Positions 9,383 to 18,394 of a DNA stretch of 64,000 nt are shown here, piece by piece. Made by a program: the position numbers and the translations under genes. How positions within the stretch are numbered: the stretch's first letter is position 1; each line of letters starts with the position of its first letter. Where the stretch lies: contig JBEKVQ010000001.1 of NCBI GenBank assembly GCA_049997815.1, positions 20,642 through 84,641 of the forward strand. Direction: 5' to 3'. The DNA is from Minisyncoccia bacterium (GTDB lineage Bacteria; Patescibacteriota; Minisyncoccia; UBA6257; GWB1-50-10). Under the pieces are notes generated by a model. That model made no database searches, had not been told where the DNA came from, and saw only the letters and a program-made list of their open reading frames with translations.

Positions 9383-11435
9383 TATAGAACACCTCCCGGG
9401 GCTTCGCTCCGTCGCCCGGGCCGATAATGCCCTTCTCCTCCATTATGTCCAAAAGCCGCGCGGCCCTGGCGTAGCCTACCTTAAGCCGCCTTTGAAGGAG
9501 CGAGGCCGAGGCTTTCTTGGCGGCCCGGACAGTCTCAATCGCTTCCCCGAGGAGCTCGTCGCTCGAGCTATCCATATCGAAATCGTCGAAATTCAGATTC
9601 ACCAGTGATTCTTCGCCGGTGCCGTTACCATTCGCGATCGAGATTCCCTCATCCGAGCTTTCGTTGTTCTTCTTAATGAAGCCCGTCACTCTTTTTATCT
9701 CCTCCTCAGTAATGTAGGCGCCCTGAATGCGGAGCGGTTTCGAAATGTCGGCGGCAATAAAGAGCGCATCTCCGCTTCCCAGAAGTTTTTCGGCGCCGGC
9801 GGTGTCCAATATCGTCCGGGAATCAACTTGGCTCGCTACCTGGAGTGCAATTCTGGACGTGATGTTCGCTTTGATTAATCCGGTGATAACTTCGACCGAA
9901 GGGCGCTGAGTGGACACAATAAGATGGATGCCGGTCGCGCGGGCCATCTGGGCAAGGCGGATGATGGAACCCTCAACCTCCCGGCCGTACGAGGTCATTA
10001 GGTCGGCGAGTTCGTCTATAACTATCACAAGGTAGGGTAAACTCTTTCCGTTCTTGTTGTAGCTTTTAATGTCGCGCGAACCTTCGGCCAAAAGAAGCTG
10101 ATAACGCCGGTCCATTTCCTGAATGGCCCATCGGAGAACAGCAATAGATTTTTTATTCTCGGTGATAACGGGAGACAGGAGATGCGGAATGCCGTTATAG
10201 ACTGAGAGTTCCACGCGCTTGGGGTCGATCATGATGAATCGAAGCATCTCGGGGGAATTTCTGTAGAGCAGGGAGATGATTATGGAGTGAATCATTATGG
10301 ACTTGCCGGAGCCGGTCGCGCCTGCGACGAGCAAGTGAGGCATTCTCTCAACGTCCTTGAAGATTGGTTCCCCGGAGACATTCCGGCCCAGGGCGAAGGC
10401 GAGGTCGCCGGATTTTTTGGCTTCCGGATAGAGCAACAAACTTCCAAGGCGCACCACGGCTGCCGCCTTGTTCGGCACCTCGATGCCCACAAGCGACTTG
10501 CCTGGAATAGGCGCTTCAATCCTGATGGGATGAGCCGCGAGAGCAAGAGCCAGGTCCTGATGAAGAGCCGTAATTCTGGATAATTTGATGCCCTCGGCGG
10601 GCTTAAGCGTGTAGCGGGTAACGGTTGGGCCCACATTTATCTCCCCCATCTCAACCGGTATGCCGAAGCCGTCCAGGGTTCTTTTTATGACGTTCGCGTT
10701 CGCCCGTAGGTCGCCGATCGTGGGTTTTTCGGTTGTCGAGACGAGCAAGTCCAATGGCGGCGCCACATAGTTCCTTATGGGCCGGGCTGCCGTCGCTTTT
10801 GGAATTTCCATCTTCGACTCGATTGTGAAGTCGTCCTCGTTCTCCTCTTTCTTTTTCTTTTCTTCTTTCTTTTCTTCCTTGGTCTTTGCCGGCGGCTCTT
10901 CGGGAAGATTTATATCGAGCTCCTCCTCTTCTTCCTCCTCATCTTTCTTCTTGAATAAATTGAGATTGAACGGCCTGTTTACGATAACGAGGAACGAGAC
11001 GAGAATGGCGGTTACGGTAATGACTATTGAGGCCGGTATTCCGAAGGGTATTTTCAGATAACCGATAACGATGCCAACCCAGCCGCCGTTTCTGGGCGAG
11101 AGGATATCTATAAAGCCGAGAGAAGCCAGAATGAAGACGATGCTACCGGTGAGCGCCGGGCCCAGAAGTTTATTCTTGTCGGATGCGAGGAGAGTGAAGC
11201 CGATGAGGAGCGAAAGCGCCGGCAGAAGCCAGTAGCCCCAGCCGAAGAGCTTGTCGAAGAAACCGTAAAAAGCGGTGCCCATGGGGCCGGCCTGGCCGGT
11301 CGCCGCGAGCACGAAAATTATCGCGAGCCCGAAAAGCACGACGAACCAAATGCTTTTTTTGGTGTCCGGATGAAGAGGAGAAATTTTTTCTTCGCGTTCT
11401 CCGCGTTCCCTTTTTCTGGGTTTATCTTTAGCCAT
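9354..11435 (-). CDS. ftsK: DNA translocase FtsK/SpoIIIE
   Basis: N-terminal TM helices and an acidic/lysine-rich linker. GATGSGKS Walker A, VIVIDELADLM Walker B, and a C-terminal gamma winged-helix (SLLQRRLKVGYARAARLLD). Start taken at the MAKDKPRK Met (11433-11435). Confidence 0.9.
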   Translation of the reverse strand: MAKDKPRKRERGEREEKISPLHPDTKKSIWFVVLFGLAIIFVLAATGQAGPMGTAFYGFFDKLFGWGYWLLPALSLLIGFTLLASDKNKLLGPALTGSIVFILASLGFIDILSPRNGGWVGIVIGYLKIPFGIPASIVITVTAILVSFLVIVNRPFNLNLFKKKDEEEEEEELDINLPEEPPAKTKEEKKEEKKKKEENEDDFTIESKMEIPKATAARPIRNYVAPPLDLLVSTTEKPTIGDLRANANVIKRTLDGFGIPVEMGEINVGPTVTRYTLKPAEGIKLSRITALHQDLALALAAHPIRIEAPIPGKSLVGIEVPNKAAAVVRLGSLLLYPEAKKSGDLAFALGRNVSGEPIFKDVERMPHLLVAGATGSGKSIMIHSIIISLLYRNSPEMLRFIMIDPKRVELSVYNGIPHLLSPVITENKKSIAVLRWAIQEMDRRYQLLLAEGSRDIKSYNKNGKSLPYLVIVIDELADLMTSYGREVEGSIIRLAQMARATGIHLIVSTQRPSVEVITGLIKANITSRIALQVASQVDSRTILDTAGAEKLLGSGDALFIAADISKPLRIQGAYITEEEIKRVTGFIKKNNESSDEGISIANGNGTGEESLVNLNFDDFDMDSSSDELLGEAIETVRAAKKASASLLQRRLKVGYARAARLLDIMEEKGIIGPGDGAKPREVFYNGEENGERE

Positions 11436-11487
11436 CGGTTTGTAAGCTGATTCTATTAAAAGCGAAATTGGGGTAAAATTCAAATGA

Positions 11488-12243
11488 ATGAATAAGAACT
11501 CGGGAGAAAAAGACGTCATTGTTTTCGACCTGGACGGAACCCTGGTGAAAAGCAAGCTTCCGCTCGACCGGGAAATGGCCCGACTGCTTGCCGGACTGAC
11601 CCGAGAAAAGAAGGTGGCTATAATAGGCGGCGGCAAGTTCTCTCTCTTTAAGTGGCAACTCCTTGGGCCGATGAAAAAGGAACGCCCAAAACTGGGGAAT
11701 TTATTCTTGTTCCCCACCAGCGGAGCCGCTTTTTACCGGTACAAAAATGGGTGGAAAAAGATTTATGAGCTGAGAATGGCCGGAAGCGAAATTAAGAAGG
11801 TAAGAGAGGCCTTTAAAACAGCGCTTTCCAAGGCTGGTTTTGAAGATCCCAAAAAGATATATGGCGCTTTAATAGAGGATCGCGGAACCCAAGTGACCTT
11901 TTCGGCCGCGGGGCAGCTTGCTCCCCTTTCGGTGAAGAAAGAATGGAATCGCCATGATATCCGTCCGAAGATAATGATAGAACTGGCCAAACTCTTGCCG
12001 GACTTCGGGATACGAGCGGGCGGGCTTACCTCCATAGATGTGACAAAAAAAGGAGTTAACAAAGGAAGCACCATCAAAAAGTTCATAAAGATAATAGGCG
12101 CGCCCAAGAAAAGCATTCTTTTTGTCGGCGATGCCCTCTTCTCTGGTGGGAACGATTATGCCGCGTTTGAAGCCGGCTTTGAATGTCTCAAGGTAAAGAA
12201 TCCTAACGATACCAAGAAGCTCATAAGAAAAATTCTTCGGTAG
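11488..12243 (+). CDS. HAD-IIB hydrolase, phosphomannomutase-like
   Basis: FDLDGTL motif I and FVGDALFSGGNDYAAF motif IV, resembling eukaryote-type PMM/HAD-IIB. Confidence 0.55.
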   Translation: MNKNSGEKDVIVFDLDGTLVKSKLPLDREMARLLAGLTREKKVAIIGGGKFSLFKWQLLGPMKKERPKLGNLFLFPTSGAAFYRYKNGWKKIYELRMAGSEIKKVREAFKTALSKAGFEDPKKIYGALIEDRGTQVTFSAAGQLAPLSVKKEWNRHDIRPKIMIELAKLLPDFGIRAGGLTSIDVTKKGVNKGSTIKKFIKIIGAPKKSILFVGDALFSGGNDYAAFEAGFECLKVKNPNDTKKLIRKILR

Positions 12244-12329
12244 CCGTCGCTAAATTTGACAAAATCGCCTCTATTTGATTTAATAGAGGCGGTTTCTTGA
12301 CGTTCCCGATCATATTTTAAGGAAGAGAA

Positions 12330-12614
12330 ATGAAAAATCTATGGTTATCAAACCTGCTGGTGGTCATTATTACCGGCGCAAATCTCATTCTTTCCAAACT
12401 GCTGTTGGGGAATAACTTGGCCCACGTTTTCGGTCTCACGTTCTTGTTATCGTGTCTTTTGACCACGGCCTGGTTCTTCCTTACGAGAGAGACAAGAGAA
12501 AAGTATGGGTTTTTTGCCCTAGCCTTTTCTTCTTTGGCTATCCAGTTATACCTGATCTGGTTTTTGGGGGCTCGCAGACGTTGCTTGTTCCTATTGGTAT
12601 GGCTGTCTCCGTAA
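12330..12614 (+). CDS. small hydrophobic protein
   Basis: Good SD (taaggaagagaa-ATG) and two predicted TM helices. A second hydrophobic ORF in another frame (12452..12754) overlaps it, so a frameshift or a sequencing indel is possible. Confidence 0.3.
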   Translation: MKNLWLSNLLVVIITGANLILSKLLLGNNLAHVFGLTFLLSCLLTTAWFFLTRETREKYGFFALAFSSLAIQLYLIWFLGARRRCLFLLVWLSP

Positions 12615-12754
12615 TGTTTCCGCTGGCTATAGTCATTGTGATGGAGTTGAAGAAAATTAAGACGATAGCCATCCGCGTGCTTTTAGGAGGAGTGATAGAA
12701 ATGAGTTTCGTGTTTGGGATCCTCCGCTTTCTGGGGCGAGCCCGTCTTCCTTGA
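12452..12754 (+). CDS. small hydrophobic protein (alternative frame; may be the continuation of 12330..12614)
   Basis: Membrane-like composition. Overlaps the preceding ORF out of frame. Confidence 0.2.
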   Translation: MSFDHGLVLPYERDKRKVWVFCPSLFFFGYPVIPDLVFGGSQTLLVPIGMAVSVMFPLAIVIVMELKKIKTIAIRVLLGGVIEMSFVFGILRFLGRARLP

Positions 12755-12781
12755 ACCTCTTGTCCTTACCATACGTAAGCC

Positions 12782-12818
12782 CCGCCATGCACTTGTGCAT
12801 GCGCGGGGTTTGTCTTCA
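12782..12818 (+). terminator. rho-independent terminator
   Basis: GC-rich imperfect hairpin ccccgccatgcac..gcatgcgcgggg followed by TTTGTCTT. Confidence 0.5.
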
Positions 12819-12865
12819 GTAAACCTACAAAAGCAAGAAAAGCTGGAAAACCTGAAAAATAAAGA

Positions 12866-13012
12866 AAACCTGATAATACGATAAAACCTACACTTGTAGG
12901 TTTCATGCGGTTACCGGGTAATGCGATAAAACCTATACTATTTGACAAAAAGTGTAAAACAATGTGAAACACTATTTCTTTTGGACAACCTGATAATGCG
13001 ATAAAACCTACA
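12866..13012. repeat. three copies of a 17-bp motif taatRcgataaaaccta, plus an aaacctac-N3-gtaggttt palindrome, in an AT-rich intergenic region
   Basis: Copies at 12875-12891, 12918-12934 and 12994-13010. Additional aaacct half-sites at 12830-12870. Confidence 0.5.
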
Positions 13013-13122
13013 TTTTTCATTTTTTGATAAAAAAATTGTTTATCGATAAACATTTTTAAATCAGTTATTTTTGGATAATATGGAGATGATTTTTGCTATT
13101 TTGGAGATTATAATTTAAAAAA

Positions 13123-13482
13123 ATGACTCAAAGATCTGAACTTGGGATAGAGGGAGAAGAATTTGCGGCCGAATTTTTGAAGCGGAAGGGATATAAGATC
13201 CTTGGACGGAATAAGCGCGAGAAGTGGGGCGAGCTGGATATCGTGGCAAGAGCCCCGGATAAGACGCTGGTTTTTGTAGAGGTGAAGACCATGATGCCGG
13301 GTACGCTGAAACCCGAGGACCAGATGTCGGCCTCGAAGATGAAAAAGTTCCGCCGGACAGCGGAATTGTATGCCGGTTCGCATGAAGACCTGATAAAGGA
13401 TAAAAGGGGATGGCGGCTGGACCTAATCGCCCTGGAAAAAAATGATGGAGGATTTACGGTTCGCCATTATGAGAACGTTTAA
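13123..13482 (+). CDS. YraN/UPF0102-family endonuclease
   Basis: EFAAEFLKRKGYKILGRN ... ELDIVARAPDKTLVFVEVKT, the classic YraN (Holliday-junction-resolvase-like) pattern. Confidence 0.7.
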   Translation: MTQRSELGIEGEEFAAEFLKRKGYKILGRNKREKWGELDIVARAPDKTLVFVEVKTMMPGTLKPEDQMSASKMKKFRRTAELYAGSHEDLIKDKRGWRLDLIALEKNDGGFTVRHYENV

Positions 13483-13589
13483 ATTAATATCACAATCTAT
13501 TCTTTATATTGTCAATACTTGATTATTCTCTCCGAAGGAATATTATTGTTATGTAAATCCGCTCCACCGAGCGGTAAAATTTTAAGAAT

Positions 13590-14813
13590 ATGGATTTAAA
13601 ACAATTAGCCAACGCTGCGGAACAGATAGCGGCCGAAAAGGGAATTCCCGCCGAAAAGGTTCTGGGAGCCATCGAGGCCTCGATCGCCGCGGCCTATAAG
13701 AAGGAGTATCGGAAGCGCTCCGAAATTATCCGCGCCAAGTTCAACATGAAGAGCGGCGAGGTGGATTTCTCGCAGGTGAAGACGGTGGTTGACCCGTCGC
13801 AGGTGCGCGTCGTAAGCGAGACCGAGGAAGAGGAAATGAACCCGACCGCCTCGGAAGAGAAGGACGAACTGCCCCGCTACAATCCCGACCGGCACATTTT
13901 TTTGGACGAGGCCAAGAAAATAAAATCCGACGCTAAAGCGGACGAGGAGATAGAATTTCCGCTCGAGGCCCACGCCGATTTCGGTCGCATCGCGGCCCAG
14001 ACGGCCAAGCAGGTGATTTTGCAGAACCTTCGCGAGGCGGAACGCTCGTCCATTAAGGAGGAGTTTGCCGACAAGGAGGGGACCATCGTGAGCGGCGCGG
14101 TCCAGCGCTTTGACCACGGGAACGTTTTCGTGAATCTCGGTCGCGCGGTGGGTATAATGTATCCAAATGAGAGCATTCCCGGCGAGCACTATCGCTTGGG
14201 CGACCGGATGCGTTTCTACGTTCTGGCCGTCCAGGACGACGCCCGCCGTCCCGGCATCATTCTTTCCCGTTCCCACCCGAACTTCGTGGCTAAACTTTTT
14301 GAGCTTGAGGTGCCGGAGATTGCCGAAAAAACGGTGGAAATAAAAGAGATTGCGAGAGAAGCGGGCAGCCGCACGAAGATAGCGGTGGCTTCGAAAGAAG
14401 AGGGTGTTGACCCGGTGGGTTCGGCGGTCGGCCAGCGCGGAACGCGCGTAATGGCGGTTACGAATGAGCTCGGGAATGAAAAAATAGACATCATTGAATG
14501 GTCCGATGACCCCTCGAAATTCATCGGCAATTCCGTATCGCCGGCCAAGGCGAAATTGGTGGAGATTTTGGACCGGCGGGAGGCAAGGGTCTTGGTTTCC
14601 GAAGACCAATTGAGTTTGGCCATCGGTAAAGGCGGGCAGAACGTCCGTCTGGCGGCGAAACTGACCGGCTGGAAGATAGATGTGCGCTCGCAATCCAATC
14701 CGGAAGCGGTTCTGGAGGGCGGAGTGGCTTCGGCTGAAGAAGGAGAAGGAGGCGATGCCATCACTGATTTTGGCGACGGCGCGGAAACCGTGAAGGAAAC
14801 AAAATTAGACTAG
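13590..14813 (+). CDS. nusA: transcription termination/antitermination factor NusA
   Basis: N-terminal domain, S1 domain (GTIVSGAVQRFDHGNVFVNLG) and two KH domains (GSAVGQRGTRV; IGKGGQNVRLA). Confidence 0.9.
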   Translation: MDLKQLANAAEQIAAEKGIPAEKVLGAIEASIAAAYKKEYRKRSEIIRAKFNMKSGEVDFSQVKTVVDPSQVRVVSETEEEEMNPTASEEKDELPRYNPDRHIFLDEAKKIKSDAKADEEIEFPLEAHADFGRIAAQTAKQVILQNLREAERSSIKEEFADKEGTIVSGAVQRFDHGNVFVNLGRAVGIMYPNESIPGEHYRLGDRMRFYVLAVQDDARRPGIILSRSHPNFVAKLFELEVPEIAEKTVEIKEIAREAGSRTKIAVASKEEGVDPVGSAVGQRGTRVMAVTNELGNEKIDIIEWSDDPSKFIGNSVSPAKAKLVEILDRREARVLVSEDQLSLAIGKGGQNVRLAAKLTGWKIDVRSQSNPEAVLEGGVASAEEGEGGDAITDFGDGAETVKETKLD

Positions 14814-14877
14814 GAAGAAAAGGCAATATAGTCGATTAACATTTTTTATCCCTCCAAAACAGGGGCCTTAATCAGTT

Positions 14878-14908
14878 TTAAAACCCTCATTTTATGAGGG
14901 TTTTGAGT
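14878..14908 (+). terminator. rho-independent terminator
   Basis: Perfect hairpin aaaaccctca-tttta-tgagggtttt after nusA. Confidence 0.65.
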
Positions 14909-14911
14909 ACT

Positions 14912-14940
14912 TTGACAAATTACTATATTAGATGTATAAT
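14912..14940 (+). promoter_or_regulatory. consensus sigma-70-type promoter
   Basis: TTGACA (14912-14917), a 17-nt spacer, then TATAAT (14935-14940). Confidence 0.55.
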
Positions 14941-14974
14941 ATACTTAGATACTTGAGGAATTGAACGTGTGATT

Positions 14975-15120
14975 TTCCGCCCTGATCTCCATCAGAGGGC
15001 CTGTTCATTCTCACTAAGAGATGAACAAAAACCGAAACTGTTTTCTTCTCTGCCCTGATTTTCACCGAGGGATTAACACTCGCTAAGAGTGTGGAAGAAA
15101 AACAGTGTCTGTCCCCACGG
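14975..15120 (+). ncRNA. candidate cis-regulatory leader RNA made of two tandem ~70-nt structured units
   Basis: Two units share GCCCTGAT..CA..GAGGG, a hairpin with loop C(A/G)CTAAGAG, then AAAAAC...CTGT. They lie between the consensus promoter and the ORF at 15145. Confidence 0.35.
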
Positions 15121-15144
15121 ACGTAAAAATATGGGGAGGATAGT

Positions 15145-15609
15145 ATGGTAAAACCCGAGTTGGTAAGAATTCCGGAACGTTTCGCTAAATCAGTTGGCGA
15201 ATTAGATTTCGCTACTGTGGCGAGGGTTCTGGGTGGGGGGATGCACAACATGAGCTCCGATACCCAAAATGAAGCAGATTCATTCGTTTTGGATAATGGC
15301 CTTAAGCTTAAGGACGTTCCCCATGTTTTTATGGCCACCCATTCAATGGGCGGTAGGGAGTGGAAGGTGATAACTGGTCGCAAGCCAGGCTACATTTCGG
15401 AAGGATGCTTCAATGGGGGATGGTATATTTTTACGGATGAGGATGTGGACTATCTCCATTGTTCGTCAGCAACATCGGGTAGTAGTCTGACAGCCGAAAA
15501 GCTATCAGACGGTTCTTGGAATGTGACACTTGAGGTTCCGAGCGATGGTGGGCAACCCTACCAAGGATTTTACTGGGATTGTTTCCATAAAGCTCTCGGT
15601 CTTGAATAA
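15145..15609 (+). CDS. hypothetical protein
   Basis: ORF downstream of the structured leader with a GGGGAGGA SD. No recognised family. Confidence 0.4.
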   Translation: MVKPELVRIPERFAKSVGELDFATVARVLGGGMHNMSSDTQNEADSFVLDNGLKLKDVPHVFMATHSMGGREWKVITGRKPGYISEGCFNGGWYIFTDEDVDYLHCSSATSGSSLTAEKLSDGSWNVTLEVPSDGGQPYQGFYWDCFHKALGLE

Positions 15610-15630
15610 GTCACAAGAAACAGCATAGAG

Positions 15631-15667
15631 TCCAAAAGTCGAGTAGTTTCATTACTCGACTTTTTTA
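15631..15667 (+). terminator. rho-independent terminator
   Basis: agtcgagtag-tttcatt-actcgact hairpin followed by TTTTTTATT. Confidence 0.6.
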
Positions 15668-15713
15668 TTCCCCAAATTTGAGAGAAAAGAGATTTATCGG
15701 CATAATTAAGCCA

Positions 15714-17153
15714 ATGGAAAGTTTTCGGGGTAAAAAGGTTCTCGTAATGGGTCTGGGGACGCTCGGCGGGGGGATTGCGACGACGAGGTGGCTCGTGAAA
15801 CACGGGGCGAAGGTAACCGTGACCGATTCGCGTTCCGGAGAAAAGTTGAAAGACTCAGTAAAAAAGCTGGGAAGCGTCGCTAAAAGAGTAAAATTCATTC
15901 TCGGCGAACATCGCGAAGTGGATTTTAAGAAAAACGATGTTATTGTGGTAAACCCGGCCGTACCGCATGAGAGCAAGTATTTGGCAATCGCGAGAAAGCA
16001 CAAAAGAGTTCTTGTGAACGATGCCCGGCTCTTTTTTGATACGGTTGAGAATCCCATCGTCGCCGTGACGGGTACTCGGGGTAAGACCACGACGACGAAT
16101 TGGCTCGCGCATTTTTTGAAGAAGAAATATCCGCGGGCGGTGGCGGCCGGAAATTCATCGGATGTGGCTCTTCTCGCGCTCACTGATAAACTGAAGAATA
16201 AAAAGAATCCGGCGGTTGTCGAGCTTTCATCGTGGCAATTGGAGCTTTTGCCGGGTGCAAAGCACGCGCCAGATGTTGCCGTCATCACAAATATCTACCC
16301 GGATCATCTGAATCGTTACGAATCCATCGTGGATTATGCCCTAGCTAAAGCTAACATCTTCAAGGATCAGAAGAAAGACCAAAAACTCATATTGAATGCG
16401 GATAATGTTTGGACGAAGTTCTTTTTGAAACAGAAGCCGTATTCCGAAGTGCTCCTATTTTCCAAGAAAACGTTGAATGGAAAACGGAACGGGATATTCC
16501 TGAAGAATGGGGCCGTTTATTTTAGAAGCGACGGGGAGTTAGAGAAGGTCGTCTCCGAAAGGATAATCCGGGAATTCTCGTTCCGGGGTGAGCACAATCT
16601 GGAGAATCTGCTTGCGGCGCTTCTCGCGAGCCATCTTCTCGGAATAGATTGGGCCGTACTTGCGAGAAAAATCAGAACCCTCCCTGATGTTTTATACCGG
16701 GAGCAGGTAATAATAAGGAGAAAGAACCTGACCGTGGTGAACGACTCGGCGGGAACATCGCCCGATGCCACGATCGCCGCCATAAAGCGCTTCGCCCCGC
16801 AAGGGAACACTGTTTTGATAACGGGCGGAACGGATAAAAATCTGGACTTCAGCGACTTGGCGAAGACGATAAAAAAATATCTGAGACCTAGCGAGATTTA
16901 TTTCTTGGATGGCAGCGCGACAAAAAAAATGATTGGCGCTTTGAAAAGGATTGGCTATTTCGGGAAGAAATCGCCCCAAATTTACGAGGATTTGACTGAA
17001 ATTCTAGCGTTCGTAAAGGCGGCGGTAAATTCGAAAAGGAGGACAATGATTGTTTTTTCGCCCGGCGCGGCGAGCTTCGAAAAATTCAAGAACGAATTTG
17101 ATAGGGGGAAAAAATTCAATCTGTATTCCAAACAGATCCTCGGTAAAAGATGA
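15714..17153 (+). CDS. murD: UDP-N-acetylmuramoylalanine--D-glutamate ligase
   Basis: N-terminal Rossmann GLGTLGGG and the Mur ligase P-loop VAVTGTRGKTTTT. Overall MurD architecture. The ORF is open from 15678; the Met at 15714 is the more likely start. Confidence 0.8.
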   Translation: MESFRGKKVLVMGLGTLGGGIATTRWLVKHGAKVTVTDSRSGEKLKDSVKKLGSVAKRVKFILGEHREVDFKKNDVIVVNPAVPHESKYLAIARKHKRVLVNDARLFFDTVENPIVAVTGTRGKTTTTNWLAHFLKKKYPRAVAAGNSSDVALLALTDKLKNKKNPAVVELSSWQLELLPGAKHAPDVAVITNIYPDHLNRYESIVDYALAKANIFKDQKKDQKLILNADNVWTKFFLKQKPYSEVLLFSKKTLNGKRNGIFLKNGAVYFRSDGELEKVVSERIIREFSFRGEHNLENLLAALLASHLLGIDWAVLARKIRTLPDVLYREQVIIRRKNLTVVNDSAGTSPDATIAAIKRFAPQGNTVLITGGTDKNLDFSDLAKTIKKYLRPSEIYFLDGSATKKMIGALKRIGYFGKKSPQIYEDLTEILAFVKAAVNSKRRTMIVFSPGAASFEKFKNEFDRGKKFNLYSKQILGKR

Positions 17154-17155
17154 AA

Positions 17156-17179
17156 AATCCCGGACATGTCCGGGATTTC
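17156..17179. terminator. bidirectional hairpin terminator
   Basis: aaatcccggacatgtccgggattt palindrome between convergent murD and hsp20. Confidence 0.55.
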
Positions 17180-17181
17180 GT

Positions 17182-17637
17182 TTACTGATCCGATTTTATC
17201 TTGAGTTTTTTGGACCTACTCCGGCTCATTTTCGGCATTTTTATCGTAAGGATGCCGTTTTTCATCGTGGCAGTGGAATTGTCCGGGTCCACTTCCTGCG
17301 GGAGGATAATGGAGCGGGAAAAGTTTCCCCAAAAAAGTTCCTGATAGAAATAATCTTTCTCTTTTACTTCCTCTTTCCTTTCCCGTTCGCCGCGGATGGT
17401 CACTGATTCGTTCGTGATATTTATCTCGAGGTCATCTTCTTTCACTCCCGCCACGGTGGACTGGACCACGATATAGTCGCCTTCCTCGAAGACGTCAACC
17501 GTGAGTGTGCCCTCCTCGTCCTTGGCCGCTTTGGGTTTTTCCGTGGAAACCCTCAGGGATGGCGGCTCGGTCTTCAGTTTGGCTAGTTCAACGAAGATAT
17601 CCCGCTTCGGTTCGTCATTGTGATTCTCTTCGGACAT
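17182..17637 (-). CDS. Hsp20/alpha-crystallin-family small heat shock protein
   Basis: Alpha-crystallin domain pattern: TLTVDVFEEGDYIVVQSTVAGVKEDDLEINI...NGILTIKMPK. Confidence 0.8.
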   Translation of the reverse strand: MSEENHNDEPKRDIFVELAKLKTEPPSLRVSTEKPKAAKDEEGTLTVDVFEEGDYIVVQSTVAGVKEDDLEINITNESVTIRGERERKEEVKEKDYFYQELFWGNFSRSIILPQEVDPDNSTATMKNGILTIKMPKMSRSRSKKLKIKSDQ

Positions 17638-17701
17638 GTTCCGATTATACCCGGTACTACAACTTTGTTGTAGTACCGGGTTATATCACGGAAACAGTTC
17701 T

Positions 17702-18394
17702 TCAGTTTTTGGTCTTAAGTTTCGAAAAATCGTGGAAAACGAAGAAGGCCGCGAATATAAGGAAAAGCGAGGGATAGAACAAACTCACATCCTCGAATCG
17801 GTAAATGAGATAGTTGAAGACGAAATGGATCGCAGTGGCGATGCCTATACCCAAGATAATTTTGGGGCCGACCTTACCGATTCTCCGGCCGATAGCCCAG
17901 TAGAAACCGGCGAAAGCCGAGGCCAAACCATGAAGCAGGGTTGCGCCGATAAAGCGGAAACCCAGCGCGCTCAAGGTCGTAATGAAATTGGTCAAACTCA
18001 GATAATCCAGCTTATCGCCCATTATGAATATATTCTCGATGGTCGCGAAGCCCAGGGCGGCGGCGATGGTATAGATCATCGCGTCCACCGGCTCGTCGAA
18101 GGCCGGTTCATTCCAGACGCTCCAGTAGGCCGCAAAGAACTTGAATATTTCCTCGATAACCGCGAGTCCCAGAACGAGAACGAGGAAGACATTAATCGGT
18201 CCGGCGATGAATTTCTGAAAAATAACCTGAAGAACCAGTACCGGAATGCTCGCGAGCGCACCGGCGCAGAACGTGAAGAGAATAAGCCTCTTCGGTTCGG
18301 GATGGCGGTCCTCCTTCAGAAAGAAGATCATCCACAATATCGCCGGCAATAGAGCGAGAATGACGACGAAGAGGAAATTTAATGTCGCTACCAT
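17702..18394 (-). CDS. PrsW-family intramembrane metalloprotease
   Basis: Polytopic membrane protein carrying EEIFKF, FATIENIF and LLHGLASAFAGFYW, matching the PrsW EExxK / FxxxE / H motifs. Confidence 0.55.
   Translation of the reverse strand: MVATLNFLFVVILALLPAILWMIFFLKEDRHPEPKRLILFTFCAGALASIPVLVLQVIFQKFIAGPINVFLVLVLGLAVIEEIFKFFAAYWSVWNEPAFDEPVDAMIYTIAAALGFATIENIFIMGDKLDYLSLTNFITTLSALGFRFIGATLLHGLASAFAGFYWAIGRRIGKVGPKIILGIGIATAIHFVFNYLIYRFEDVSLFYPSLFLIFAAFFVFHDFSKLKTKN

Noticed and set aside
12866-13012. Possible CRISPR array
   Set aside because: There are only three irregularly spaced 17-bp units with unequal spacers, no longer array and no cas genes. I treat them as regulatory repeats.
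13605-14693. 362-aa antisense ORF opposite nusA. Similar long antisense ORFs lie opposite glyQS (25991..26797), leuS (35727..36527), ftsK (10295..10636) and the island MTases (42199..42912, 43145..43738)
   Set aside because: These are shadow ORFs generated by GC-rich third codon positions of well-supported genes on the other strand. Their products are Arg/Ala/Gly-rich and carry no motifs.
17636-18352. 238-aa plus-strand ORF overlapping the PrsW-like gene
   Set aside because: The opposite-strand ORF has coherent membrane-protease motifs, and this one has none.
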